The position numbers and the translations under genes were made by a program. 64,000 nucleotides of DNA from the NCBI GenBank assembly GCA_043228905.1, contig JBHGNT010000001.1, positions 14,880,001 through 14,944,000 on the forward strand, read 5' to 3'. The DNA comes from Azolla caroliniana. Taxonomy: Eukaryota > Plantae > Polypodiophyta. The notes below the pieces were generated by a model that was not told where the DNA came from, ran no database searches, and saw nothing but the letters and a program-made list of their open reading frames with translations. Shown here one piece after another: positions 1-13,210 of the stretch (the stretch's first letter is position 1; every line of letters begins with the position of its first letter).

Positions 1-977
1 GAAAAAAACAACCAAGTATCCAGAAGTTCATTCCAAAATGAAGTCTTGGGAGACGACTAGAAAGGTGTTACCTTATCTGTTCCAAAACATGCTTACGGTT
101 TGGCAATTCATGACCGATCGTAAGCATCTTGTTACACAATGTGTCTTTGTTGGAGATTATTCCAACTAGTAAAACCCCAAGAAAGCAATGGCAAAGGAAA
201 TCAATTTCATGCATTTACACATATCTGCCAACATTGTTGCCCATATTTGGGTTTGCTTCTATAAGTCAATCAGCATTGTTGATTTTCTTGCTAGCATGTG
301 AATCTGCAAATCTTGTATATTTAAATGTCACAATCACTTCATTGAGCTGACTTTACCTCGTGACAATAATATTAAACCATTACCTACCTGTTTTTCCTTC
401 CAAATTTGCTATAGAATCCCTCCCATTATGTTCACGGTTGTCTTTTGGATCAATTGATTAATGGAAGATAGAACTGCATACATTCTAGGAGCATTGTTTG
501 AACTATCCTTAATTTTACATTCAATGACCATGCTGTAATTTCCCAATAACGTGGATACTGTCTTATCTTATGCAATACCCATTCATCTTTCTGTTGTTTT
601 CGTGTGATGCTCCAATGTAGTGGATAGCCTTGTGCCATAACAAGTTTTTCCATGCATGCATGTTGAGGGGCACTAACTTGGATTTTGTAAGCTTGAGCTT
701 GAAACCCTAGTGGAACCCTGTATAATTGCAAAGCATCCATAATAATGTACATGCTGAGACATAAAAAAAGGGTATCATGAACAAAGGCATGAATCGAGAA
801 ATGGTGTTTGTTCACCATTGGGCAGATTCTATAATGAACCTTGGAAAAGACCCAATTGAACCAGATTAGCCATGTGTAGACAGCAGAAAAAGCAGATGAG
901 TCGCAATGGCCTTTATGAAGATCGCATATAGTGGACAGCCATGGATTACTGATTCAAAGAATAATGTCCTTGAATCT
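1..977 (-). mobile_element. Degraded L1/Tx1-type LINE reverse transcriptase (downstream part), interrupted by the copia insertion at 978
   Basis: Minus-strand translation gives SVIHGCPLY (degenerate SVRQGCPLS, RT motif B), HAFVHDTLF (degenerate FADDT, motif C) and GYPL...EWVLHKIRQ..W...WSLNVKLRIVQTML (post-RT L1 region; ORF 450-818). Many stops. Confidence 0.6.
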
Positions 978-1212
978 TGTTACAAATCGGTAGAGTAGAG
1001 AGCCAAGAGGGAATAGTTCGGTGAAGAAAAAAACTCTGTTTCAAAAGGGGGGGGGAAACAGAGAAAACGATGGCTGTATATTCTGCCACACTCCATGTCA
1101 CAGAGGGGTTTTACTCACACACACTATCTCTAGTAAAGGGGTAAAAATAAAGTAAAAAGTAAAAACCAGAGCACAGGCCATTTTGGCCTTTTCACACTAT
1201 GTACGTATAACA
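978..1212 (-). repeat. 3' LTR (235 bp) of element 978-6625
   Basis: tgttacaaatcgg...tataaca; homologous to 5544-5836 and 6380-6625; PPT adjacent. Confidence 0.93.
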
Positions 1213-1310
1213 ATCTCCCACGAAAAGGCCTAAACTAAGAGTGCAAACAATAGAAGGTTGAACTATACAAGGCCTATACCTCCCACCTGATGGACATGTT
1301 ACATAAGGCA

Positions 1311-4300
1311 CTAGGTGATCCCCATCAAGTGACAACAATGCCCCAATGCATCTTGTGGTAAGGCCTTGGTCAATGCGTCTGCGGTATTTTCTCGAGACAC
1401 AACCTTCTCAAGGCTAATGCAACCATTAGCTAAGCATTCACGAATGAAATGGTATCGCACTCCAATGTGCTTGGTCTTTGCATGATATATTGGGTTCTTA
1501 ACCAAAGCAATGACACTCTGACTATCACAAAACAGTTTGGGTACATGTTGCGGTATATCCATGTCACTAGCTAATCGAGACAACCAAATTGCTTCAGTAC
1601 ATGCCTCACTGGCTGCAACATACTCAGCCTCTGTAGTTGACAATGTGACACATTATTGGAGACGGGATCTCCAAGCAATGGCACCTCCCATAATTTGAAA
1701 AATGTACCCTAAAGTAGATTTCCTACTATCAGCACATCCAGCATAATCTGAATCTATATATCCGATGATAGAGACATCACCTCTACCCAAGCATAGACAT
1801 TTATCTTTAGTGCCACTCAAATATCTCATTATCAACTTGAGTGCATCCCAATGTTTCTTACCAAGATTTGACATGAATCGACTTACTGCTCCCACCACAA
1901 ATGCAATGTCTAGTCTAGTAGCCACCATGGCGTACATGAGACTACCAATCCCAAATTGATAAGGAACCTTGGTCATGAATTCCTTGTCCTCATCAAATGT
2001 GGGGCAATCACATGTGCCCAGCTTTACATATGTAGGCAATGGAGTGCTCAACGACTTTGCATTCTCCATATTAAACCTCTTGAGTAATTTGGATATGTAC
2101 TTCAGCCTGAGACAAGTAAATGCATCGCTTACTCCTATCACGAGTAATACGCATACCAAGAATATGTTTTGCGTCTCCCAAATCCTTCATGTCAAAAGTT
2201 TGGCTCAAGTTTTTCTTCAACAAGGATAACTCATCCTTGTTTTTACCAACAATAAGCGTATCATCAACATAGAGTATCAACATAATGTAACTCTCATCTG
2301 AACATTTTTTCATATAAAGGCAAGGATCCTCATTGCTTCTAGTGCACCCCTGAGTCTTCACAAAAGCATCAAACTTTTGGTACCACAATGCTCTTCTTGA
2401 GTTTACATACCAAGTGTTCTTTGCCTGAGACTTCATAACCTTCTGGTTGTTCCATATAGATCTCCTCATTAAGATCCCCATGCAAGAACGTAGTCTTTAC
2501 ATCCATTTGGACTAATTCTAAGTCCTGATTCGCAGCTAATGCGAGCAACATGCGCAATGTAGTCATCTTAACTACAGGAGAGAAAATTTCATCAAAGTCA
2601 ACTCTATGTTCTTGCTTGAAACCTTTTGCTACCAAGCATGCTTTGTACTTTGGAGAAGTCTTATCAGATGTATATTTATACTTGTAGACCCACTTGCATG
2701 GTAATGCTTTTCTATCCTTTGGCAAAGGTACTAAATCCAAAGTACCATTCTTATAAATACTATCCAATTCACTTTGCATGGCATGCTCCCATTTAGCATG
2801 ATCACTATCCAACATAGCTTCTTTATAGCAAGAGGGTTCACCTGCATCCCATAACATCACATACTTTGTGAGCTTAGCAGGTGGCCTAGAGACACGAGTA
2901 AATCGTCTCACTGGTTGCTGAATCGGAGTCAGACTGTTTTCAGGTTGTACACATGCATCCTCATTTTGAACATCCTCATATGGGTGAACATTTGTAGGAC
3001 TATTCGGCATAGGTGTGGAATTATTCTTTTACACACTAATAGAGGGTGTAACATCTTGAAATGCCACTTTCCTCACCTCCACTTCCTTAATTGATTGTTG
3101 ATGCATAATTTTTTCATTGAAAACGACATCACTACTTCTGACTATAGTGCGTGTTTTGGGGTCCCATAAGCGATATCCAAACTGGCCATCTATTCCATAG
3201 CCAAGAAAAATACATTTTCTACTTTTGAAATCCAGTTTCTGCCTTAACTGTTTTGGAACATGAGCATATGCTTCACATCCAAACACTCTAAGATGATTAT
3301 AGTGAGGGGTTTTTCCAGTTCACAACTCTTGTGCCACTTTCAAGCCTGCTTTTGCCCAAAAACCTTGCGGAAGGTTTGCATGATGCAACATAGAAACAAC
3401 TCTATCTTGGATGGTTCTATTCATCCTTTTTGCTACACCATTTTGTATAGGAGTGTAGGGGAAAGTATACTCTCAACGAATGCCTCTAGACTCACAAAAA
3501 ATCCTAAACTCATTAGAGGTATATTCACCTCCATTATCAAAACGTAAAGCCTTAAGCTTTATTCCTTTCTCAGTTTCAACCGAGGCAAGCCATTTTCTAA
3601 AAGTGGGGTATACATCACCCTTTCCCTTTATGGGATACACCCGCACCTTTCTTGTGGCATCGTCGATAAATGTAACAAAATAAAAAACTCCACCCAATGA
3701 TATAGTAGGCATAGGGCCACATACATCTGTATGAACTGGATCCAAGGGTTGAGTAGAAGAATCAAAACGAATCTGATGTACACTTCTCGTTTGTTTACCA
3801 TATTGACAATGCTCACAATTTGAAAAATTAGAAAATGATAACACAGGTAAATAGCCAAGACGTGACAGAGTTTCCATTCCACTACGAGACATATGGCCTA
3901 AACGATCATGCCAAATACAAGTCATGGGTTGTTCTATGGTAGTCAAAAGATGTTCTTTCTGATGGACAACTAAGGGATAAAGTGAAGCAACTTTGTTCCC
4001 TTTGGCAATAACCATATTTCCTTTTGTAATACGAAAAGATTTGGAAACAAATATCATTTTATATCTAGAGTCATCTAGTTGTCCAACAGACAAGCTCAAG
4101 CACATGGCGTACATTTTGTACAAGAATCTGAAAACCATCAAAAAATTGTACCATAACATCTCCAATGCCAACCAAATCACATTGACGTGAATCTCCAAGG
4201 TGGATTGTACCAAGTGATTTAGCTTCATATCGTGTGAACCACTCTCTATGTGGGTTCACATGGAATGAAGCCCTAGAGTCCAATAACCATGTATGAGTAA

Positions 4301-4805
4301 GCAAGTGAGCCATATTCACCTCAACATAAGTAGCATCATCATCCACGACCAGAATGTCAACATCGTCATCGCATGTAGCATTTATTTCCTCTATTTTCTT
4401 TGAGGATGATGAACCAGTCACTTGCATAACATGCCCATCACCATGAGTTTTATCCCTTTCCTTTTCTCTTTCTTTGTTCTTAAAGGCATAACAATCCTTT
4501 TTCATATGACCCTTCTTGTGACAGTAATGGCATTCCACAAGTCTCTTTCTAGATTTGGTTCTGCTCATATCATCTTCGTTTGCAGCAGTTTCCTTCTCAC
4601 ATGTATTGCATAATTTTTTCAAAAGTTCATTGGAATTTTTATTGTCTAAAACAGTGAAATAGACACTATTTGCCAAGTGCAATCTTATCGTAGACATGGT
4701 CAAAGCATCAAGTTCCTCCCAATCATCATCATCCATGTCATCCGACTTCTTTGCTTTGCCGCCTAGAGGCCTTGTTTGCTTTCTTTGAACCAATACATCA
4801 CGCAT
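1311..4805 (-). pseudogene. Fragmented copia gag-pol (RNase H, RT, integrase, protease, gag with internal deletion)
   Basis: STTEAEYVA/KHIGVRYHFIRE (RNase H), LYVDD and QMDVKTTFLHG (RT), HTDVCGP..FIDD and DNGGEY (IN), WLLDS.ASFH (PR), CHYCHKKGH..DC zinc knuckle. Multiple frameshifts and stops. Gag jumps from EKETAAN almost directly to the knuckle compared with the intact copy at 35576-39589. Confidence 0.93.
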
Positions 4806-5543
4806 CTAATTCTTCCACAAAGCAAAACTAGATCCATCAAATTTCTGGATCTAAATGTGGTCTTTTCCCAAAAATGAATAGTTCTTACTTGAACTATTGC
4901 AACCAACGGAAGTGCTACTGGATGCATCCAACATTTCGGACTCCATGGGAGTGAATGACAGTATCAAGCAACAAAATAAAATTGGGCAACAAGACTAGTA
5001 ACTCGCTCACTTATCGCAAATTGTCAAAAATTGATACCAATATTGTGTGTAAAATTCACTACTGAAAGCATACAACTTCTAAAATATTAGCTGCAAAACT
5101 GTCAAAAAAGACTGATACCACCCTTGTGTATAACACACACCATTGAAGGCATATAACTTCCAAAATACCAACGATACTGACTAGCATACATCTCCCAAAT
5201 CACAAACTGTAAGCATCTGCTCTGCTATACATTCACACTGATCCCAAATCTCTCTTCCAAATGTGGCAGGGGTCTCTCCCACCACAGCTTATTTCCACCA
5301 AAAATGTTTTGCAGACGACGAATAAACATGAGAGTTTAACCAGGGGAAATACCTGTGAATAACATGCTCTTTTCTTCAATGTCGACGATGTTGGAGATGC
5401 CCAACAATAGGTAAATGCTTCAGTCGGGCCCGATATTCCAACACTCACCGCACGAATCTCATATGTCGTTGCTACAAGTCTCTGACGCTCGTTGCTTCCG
5501 ACTCCAAAGCTTCCTATCGCTGTCAACCTCGCTTTGATACCAC

Positions 5544-5836
5544 TGTTACAAATCGGTAGAGCAGAGAACCAAGAGAGAATCATTGAGTGAAGGAAAAACT
5601 TTGTTTCTAAAAGAGGGAAAAACAGAGAAAACAACGGTTGTAAATTCTACCACACTCTATGTCACAGAGGGGTTTTACTCACACACATTATCTCTATCTA
5701 TCTATCTTTCTTTCTTTCTAGTAAAGGGGGGTTGCTGCTTTTTAGCGAAGAAAAAAACTAAAGTACAAAGTAAAATTAGAGCACTGGCCATTTTGGCCTT
5801 TTCACACTATGTACATATCTCTATGTACATATAACA
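5544..5836 (-). repeat. Internal (middle) LTR, 293 bp
   Basis: Same termini as the outer LTRs, with PBS on one side and PPT on the other; about 50 bp longer than the other two copies. Confidence 0.93.
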
Positions 5837-6379
5837 ATCTCCCACTAAAAGGCCTAAACTAAGAGTGCGAACATTGCATGTAACACACACCACTGAAAGC
5901 ATACAACTTCCAAAATATCATCTGCAAACTGTCAAAAAATTTGATACCACTCTTGCGTATAACACGCACCATTGAAGGCATATAACTTCCAAAATATCAA
6001 CGATACTGACTAGCATAAATCTCCCAAATCACATTCACATTGTAGGCATCTGCTCTGTTATACATTCACATTGATCCCAAATCTCTCTTCCAAACTGGCA
6101 GGGGTCTCTCCCACCACAACTTATTTCCACCTGAAATGTTTCGCAAATGACAAATAAGTGTGAGAGTTTAACCAGGGGAAATGCTTGTGAATAGCAGGTT
6201 CTTTTCTTCAATGTCGAAGATGCTGGAGATGCCTAACAGCAGGTAGATGCTTCAGTCGGGCCTGATACTCCAATGCTCGCTGCATGAATCTCCTACGCCG
6301 CTGCTACAAGTCTCTAACGCTCGTTGCTTCCGACTCCAAAGCTTCCTATCGTTGTCAACCTCACTCTTATACCAACCAC

Positions 6380-6625
6380 TGTTACAAATCGGTAGAGCAG
6401 AGAGCCAAGAGAGAATCGTTGAGTGAAGGAAAAACTCTGTTTCTAAAAGAGGGAAAAATAGAGAAAACAATTGTTGTATATTCAACCACACTCTATGTCA
6501 TAGAGGGGTTTTACTCACACACACTATCTCTAGTAAAGGGGGGGAAATGAAGTAAAAAATAAAACCATAGCACAAGCCATTTTGGCCTTTTCATACTATG
6601 TACATGTCTCTATGTACATATAACA
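6380..6625 (-). repeat. 5' LTR (246 bp) of element 978-6625
   Basis: tgttacaaatcgg...tataaca followed by TSD AATCT; degenerate PBS adjacent (tatacca). Confidence 0.93.
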
Positions 6626-6630
6626 AATCT

Positions 6631-6900
6631 GTTGAATCTCCATCACAAATACTATGCTGTTGAGCTTCCTTGGTAATAGCTGAGTAGATGACCTATGCCC
6701 AAAAATCCCAAACTCTATCATTGTTGACCCTGAAACTAGGTTTAATTGTATGGTGTCAAAAGACTTCATCTATGTATATCAAGTTCCATCATAACTGTAT
6801 CTTGATATGCGTATCATTCTAGAAACTCTTACACATCATTATGCAATTCAAAAAGAAACAAGTTGCTCCTAACAAATAATAGGCTTCATCATCTATACAT
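6631..6900 (-). mobile_element. Upstream part of the interrupted L1-type LINE RT
   Basis: Minus-strand MKSFDTI near 6750-6770 (degenerate KAFD, motif A) lies in the right order upstream of motifs B/C at 1-977 once the copia is removed. Right boundary approximate. Confidence 0.45.
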
Positions 6901-9900
6901 TATAAAGTAAAAACCTATACATTAGAAAGTATTGTATGACACCCCAAAGTAATTCTACATGTGACTTATGGGTGCGCCCCCACACACATGGTCGTGCCTC
7001 ACAATAGAGGCCTAAACCGTCTAGGGAGCAATTCAACTATTTAATTTGTTGGCCCAACTCCATAGTTAATCAACTTAAAACCTTTATAAAACTCAACAAC
7101 TTTACAAGTAAAACAATGTGTCCATAGTTTTGAGCTTATCCCACCAACAACCTTGATGTCTCATGACCTTAAGATTGCTTACATCTGATTCCATGAGACT
7201 TGGATGTTAACGCCTACGTTCACTCAAGTTCTTAGTCTCACTTGGTATACTTTTGGTCATTTAGTTTATTGGCTCCCTTGCCAAGTAATCATGCTCCTTT
7301 GCATCTCTCAAGATGACTGTTTGTTCCATCATAAAGCTTTATAACTGAGCCTTTGAGGTTGTGGTCTAAGAATAGTTGATGTGTCATGAATTTTTTCACA
7401 TTAGATATTTGCACTAGTTAGTTATAAAATTACAGTGATGTGGTTGACATTTTTTCTTGGAGAGATGCCACTCTACCAAGTGTGTTGATTTATCAAAATG
7501 AAACAAGAAATGGAATTGTGTCAATCTCCCTCAAAGCATTAATGAAGGGCATCAAAGTTGATACCCCGAAAATCCTCATTCAATACATTGATGGATTGAA
7601 TCCATATGTTTGTCTAAAGAAAAAGAATGTGACAACATGTGAGCTTACCCTAAGAGCACAAGAGACAACATCAAACAAGCAACACCCAATCATAAACATT
7701 TTTGGAGTAAAAGCTTGCATTAGCATTGTTCTCGCACCCCCAAAACATTCATGCTAAGGCATTGAACCGAGAGCTTATAACGTATATGTGACTTCAATCA
7801 GCTCCAAAGTAATAATATATGTGCCATAGGATGTCATGCCCAAGCTATAAAAGCACACAAGACCGCGCCTAATCATTGAGACATAAATCATTATGAACAA
7901 GTAAGGTGGCATTAAACTATTTAATTATTGGCGTTTATCACTTGCCAATAGAATTGTTTGTGGCTCATAAAAAATTAATTGTATACCATGATACCTATTT
8001 TAATATAATTTAGCCATGGAATATAAAGTTGTTTACAACTATATAGACTAAACATGAATAAATAGCATCATATATTTTGCATATCAAGCTTTAATCATAG
8101 TGATGATTTTAATAATGAGTCAACATGGGGAACCAATGGCTTCTTGAACAATTATGTGTTAACAACACTTAGTTGACGCCTCCATGGGTCCACTTTGCAT
8201 TCTTAAGGTTGTCACAAAAATTGTATCCTTAGAATCTAGATGACGAATATAATTCTCATGAAACCTTAGTAGGTTAAAAGGAAGCACCCACAACACATAA
8301 AATAATCTAATACATCATATTCTCCTGTTCTAAAGTTAACATTTTCTTATATTGAAATGAAATTCTATTTCATAGTATGATATTATGTACATAACATATA
8401 TATTGTTATACATGAACTATTAATTAATACTCTTCATCTCATCTTGAATCCTATAGGTCCAATTAAGCAAGATACAACACTAACTGTTTCATAGTTAATA
8501 TTTTAAGCATCGCATACCAGAATAATCAAAATGATATTTACATAACTTTATGAAGATTGCAATGAAGAGGCCTCTTTATCTAGATATGAGGAAGACTGGA
8601 GTTTGCGTGTTCATGTTGTAACTTTAGGATTGTATCCACACGAATACTCTTCTTTAGACAACCACAAAGTTCTCAATGAGTTGGCCTTTCACAATAAGAG
8701 TGTGAAGGATAGTATACTTGAATAATTTTCTCATAACTCAAGATATTTATTAGAAACCCATCACATAAGGGAAAACAATGAATACATTAGACACTTTGTG
8801 GATTCACTATTCATAACTTTTCTCTATTGCCTTTTTGTCTCTCTATGCAAATCAAACGAATGGAAGTCATCGAGCAATCCAGTAGTTTGTTGAAAGAGGA
8901 GGCCAAAAGCAGCGAATCAACAATATTGCCTTTTTGTCTCTCTATATTTTGAGTGACCATGCCCTATTCATTTGTTTGTTTGTTCAACCTTTTGCTAGAT
9001 AGATGCAGATATGCTTCTTGCCCACTACAGGCACATTATGGTCAAGCTTGATCAAGTGCCACTTCCCCTGTAAATGAAAGTTTATATCAAGCATGAGAAG
9101 AAATTTAGAGAAGATATTCTTATAACATTTTATTACTTGTTATAACATATTCTTATGTAGCATTAAAATGGCAAGTGCGTCTTTGATTTCACAATTATAT
9201 TATTCAAAACAAAAAGTGTTATTGTTTAGGAAGTGCATAATGTCACAATCATCAACCAAGAAACGTCTATAAGAATGTCAGCCTTTAGAGCGAATTTCTG
9301 AAAAATCAATCCATAGAGTTTGTGGCATTCAAAACGTGTAATTCCCTCTATATATGCATTGATGGGGTCATGAGGAGAAAAGAAACTTATTTTGTTGGAC
9401 AAGTGTGATGAAAGTGCTGAAAATACTCTTTTACTTAATTGTCTTCAGCTTTCTAAGGTATTCCTCATGTCAAAACCCCTAAAGTGGGAATGTGAGAAAC
9501 TTAGATACAAGAAAGAGATGAGTTTGTTTCACCTTTTTAGGAGAAACACAAGTTCGTATTCCCCCATGCTGGCTATATGTTTACCCCTAAGCTTGTCTAG
9601 AACCTACAAATATCATGTTTGGGCTAAGTGATCAAAGTTATGAAAGTGGCGCATAAAAGGAAAGATGATGGGAAAGGGCGTCCCATTGACATCTCATGAG
9701 CCAAACCAACAGGAAAGAGACATTGGTTTTGAACTTGATTCTCAGGAGGTGATAAATGTTTGCACCTTCTTCAGACCAAAATATAAATTTCTGTCCTTCT
9801 CTTTCATGAAATGACTTTCATAATGTGATGTACATTGTCGTGATAAGAGATGTGCAAAGCCAATGGTTAGTGTATCATTTCAATTAGGTCATCTATGTGC

Positions 9901-11274
9901 ATGCAAACATACACGTACAAATAAATATATGAAAAAGGCACGTGCTTGTCATGAATATGTGCTTAACATAGGCTTCTTCTTGAATGCTCATAAATGCTAA
10001 CATGAGAATTTCTTTTGAGATGATTTGAAATGCTGCCCTTGTCAAGGAAGATAGTTTGAAGACCTTATGATTTTGAGGTAATATGCCAACTCTCTGAAGA
10101 TAGTTGACGACCTTATGATTTTAAGGTAACATGCCAACTCTTTGAATGCCCATACAATGCTTGTTGCTCTTATACGGGAACATGTGATAAAATTAGAATT
10201 TCTTTTGAATTGATTTGAAATGCCGCCCTTGTTGAGAAAGAGAATAGCTCTTCCGAAGACCTCATTAGTATGAGTCAACATGCCAACTCTTGTTCCAAGT
10301 TCATGGGAAAGGAATATAATTTCTAGCCCTAGGTGCTTGGTATCAAATAGTGTGTTTTACTGAGCTTTCTAAAAGGTTCAATAACGGCTTACATGGCATA
10401 CATATTTCTAGGCTATGCATTAGCTCATATAATATGGCAAACTAACAAAAAACAAAGAAGAGGTTGCAGTTGGAGGGGGATGGAGGAATAATGAAAAAAA
10501 GACAATTAGTTTATGGTGTGTCCATCTTAAATCACTCTGGTCCATTCCATATTGGTGATATTCAACCTCTACAAGCATTTGTCCAAGCCAAGTCTTATCT
10601 CTCATTGGCTCTAATATTTGAACTTCCTCTATTGTTATTAAAACATTGAAATTTCTAGAGGGTCACATGACTGACCATCCTCATATGATATATGAGTGTC
10701 GTGAACTTTAGATTTTATGAGTGAAATCATGCCACAAATCACAAGTCTTAAGAAATATGTATTTAAATAGTCATAAATTTGCTTCTTAGGCATAGCTGAA
10801 TGAATCATAATACTACTTCCTTCTCATGCATTCATTCATATGTTTCCTGATGAAATTTTTAAAAAACTCCATAAAAGCCCATGCCAAACAAAATATCCAA
10901 GAAAACCAACTTCAATTGTATTTCAATATCAATAACATGTTCAAAAATCCATCCTTGTTTCAATAAAATAAATAATAAAATAGATACAGTAATACCCTCC
11001 AAATTCCTTTGCAGACATCTTCTTCTTGGAAATAATAGCAATAGAGGTAGTTTAAAATCCATCCTTGTTCCAGCGATCATGGTGCTCCTAGCATTTCCAT
11101 TCCATTTTGCAACCAACCACACATTCATTATCTTGATAAATACAGATTGATAACGTATACCATAGCATAGAACTGTACACAAATCCTTTGCAAAACACAT
11201 CAACAAACCTAAGTCAAACCTCTCTTTCTTCTCTAACTTGATCCCTACCAATTTCTTTCTTGGCGTCATTCCGG

Positions 11275-11787
11275 TTACTTCTTTGGCCTCATTTGAAGAA
11301 ACTTCAAAGAGAGTGGATTGAGAGTGCGCATGACCCGAGACGCATATTCACGGAAAAAGTGTCGGCATGCTGCTGCCTTCTGTTGAAAAAACACTTGGAT
11401 GCTCCCAACAAGAGATCTATTCTTTGCACTGAAGCTCTTCCAAAATCGACTGATAAAAACTGTTTCTGATGTTTCTTGCTTACCTGTCGGTTGGAGGTAT
11501 GCCCTAGCTGCTAGTTTAAGCAAATTATCTTTGAAGTTCACGTTAGATATATTGCACCATTCCATTTCAGTCGTTGCAGTTGCTAGAGAGCCGCCCTTGG
11601 TCGGGGAAGATGTGATGAGATCACGTAAACTTGTGTATTGCAATTTCAAGGAATTGAGCTCACAAAGCTCAACAAAGTTTGAAAGGCTGGCATTAGAGAG
11701 ATCTTCAGCCCAATTCGCCTCTTTGGGTGACAAACTCTGCAGTGTTGGCACCGATTGTAATCCTATGTTCTTCAGGGATATGGTCAT
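11275..11787 (-). CDS. Conserved plant protein of unknown function (YTSLRDLI ... NLLKLAARAYLQP motifs), about 170 aa
   Basis: Open frame with the two motifs I recognise from a land-plant unknown-protein family. First ATG at 11787, just after a splice acceptor (ttgttccag|GAAATG). Candidate donor (caag|gtacct) at 12628 implies a 5'-UTR intron and an upstream exon. Confidence 0.75.
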   Translation of the reverse strand: MTISLKNIGLQSVPTLQSLSPKEANWAEDLSNASLSNFVELCELNSLKLQYTSLRDLITSSPTKGGSLATATTEMEWCNISNVNFKDNLLKLAARAYLQPTGKQETSETVFISRFWKSFSAKNRSLVGSIQVFFQQKAAACRHFFREYASRVMRTLNPLSLKFLQMRPKK

Positions 11788-12070
11788 TTCCTGGAACAAC
11801 CCACCCACTTAAACAACTTACAGAAGTTATGTAAACTCCTAACCTACGTAGATTTCACCATCAATAGTTAGTTAATGGGGAGCTTCTTTCAAATGTTTCT
11901 AGATATTTCGCTAAAGCTGGACAATATTTTCAAGAGCAGCTTTAGAGAACTCTAAGATCATCTAATTGATTCATATGCATCAATGTTGGCTATCATCAAT
12001 GCATATCACGTACGATGTTCATGTGTAGCTTCTAAGACTGTTCTGGGAACATCTCCAACCTAGAAAACAA

Positions 12071-12093
12071 TTCAGGAATATTCTCGAGAATTC
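12071..12093. promoter_or_regulatory. Heat-shock element (TTCagGAAtaTTCtcGAGaaTTC) in the putative 5'-UTR intron
   Basis: Three perfect alternating nGAAn units, extended in register by one mismatched and one perfect unit. Confidence 0.45.
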
Positions 12094-12825
12094 TAGGCTC
12101 CTCTAAGCTGTAAAGTAGCGATAATTGACAAACAAACGGTCAGCTAATGGAAATATTAGTTCCCCACAACAATGAAGGACAATATGGCAAAGTGCAATCT
12201 CTAATGTATAAGGAAGTGGGCATCCGTTGATTGTCGATCCTATGATAATAGTTGAACAGGACCACAAAAAGCATCGACCCATAATGGATCGAATTCAAAT
12301 CTCCCACTAGATCTGAGAGCTCTAATTCATACTAATCCAAGATTTGATCATGCATAAATGGATGAATATACACTTCGCACAGGACGGCATAAGATTAACT
12401 AGGGTAGTGCTATGTCAAACCTTACATTAAAAAACCTTTGTATGGATAGCCTAATGCATTGATATGATATCTCAAATTTGTTCAAAATCCTAAAATTTCG
12501 ACAAATCATTAGAGAATAAAATCAGGAAAACTTGATCTCAGAAGAAACAAAAAGAAGACGCCTGATTCATATCTTAATTTAAGCGCTTTTGTGAACCCAC
12601 AGAAATAAACGAATGGAAAAAGAGGTACCTTGAACAATTCAATTACTCTGCTAACGCTAAGAATATGTTAATCTTCTTGAACAGAATGCAGGAGGATAGC
12701 GCCATATTTATCTTGTAGTTCTGAAGAAGGGGGGGATGAACAATACTTCAGGGGACAGTCTTAGGGGTATTATGTTACAGGGTTCAGGTCATTTCCTTAC
12801 AGATTCAACGATTTGTTTAGACAAA

Positions 12826-13210
12826 TTTTAGGGTTTTCCCTAGATGGGGAAGATGTTCTTGAGAATCAGGAAACGTAGGGTAAGGGTCAGAATTTGTCAG
12901 GACATAGGGATTCTTGAGGTATTTTTCCAGGTGGAGAAGAGATTCGTCAGACTCAGGAAATCTAGGTTAGGGTTTAGGATTTGTGAGAATGGGGAGATTT
13001 TTAGGGTGTCTGGCAAATTAAGGGTTTTCGGCTACAGATTGTACGGTTTTCTGCTAATAAAGTTTAGGGTTTAGGTTTTTTAAGTGTGTTTCCTCGGAAC
13101 AGGGGAGGTTATAACTAGGGTTTCACAGGGTGGCTATGGTTGTCTGTGTGCCTGGCAACAATTAGGGTTTGCTGAGAACAGATAGATAGATAGATAGATT
13201 AGGGGTTCTG
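12826..13210 (-). promoter_or_regulatory. Cluster of telo-box-like (AAACCCTA / TAGGG) motifs in the putative 5' leader
   Basis: About 10 TAGGG/TAGGGTTT-like motifs in about 390 bp, all on one strand, upstream of the 11275-11787 gene. Confidence 0.45.

Larger units (their letters stand above)
978..6625 (-). mobile_element. Ty1/copia LTR retrotransposon with three LTRs, degenerate
   Basis: TG...CA ends and 5-bp TSD AATCT at 973-977 and 6626-6630. LTRs at 978-1212, 5544-5836 and 6380-6625. Met-tRNA PBS (plus strand tgatacca 5535-5542). PPT (plus strand atctcccac) next to 1212 and 5836. gag-PR-IN-RT-RH fragments lie between. Confidence 0.95.

Noticed and set aside
7440-7757. Possible gypsy gag remnant (ILIQYIDGL)
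   Set aside because: One weak motif with no LTR, PBS or pol support.
10005-10290. Short repeats with spacer-like gaps (CRISPR-like appearance)
   Set aside because: Degenerate local tandem duplications of about 48 and 190 bp in plant nuclear DNA; no constant repeat with unique spacers and no cas genes.
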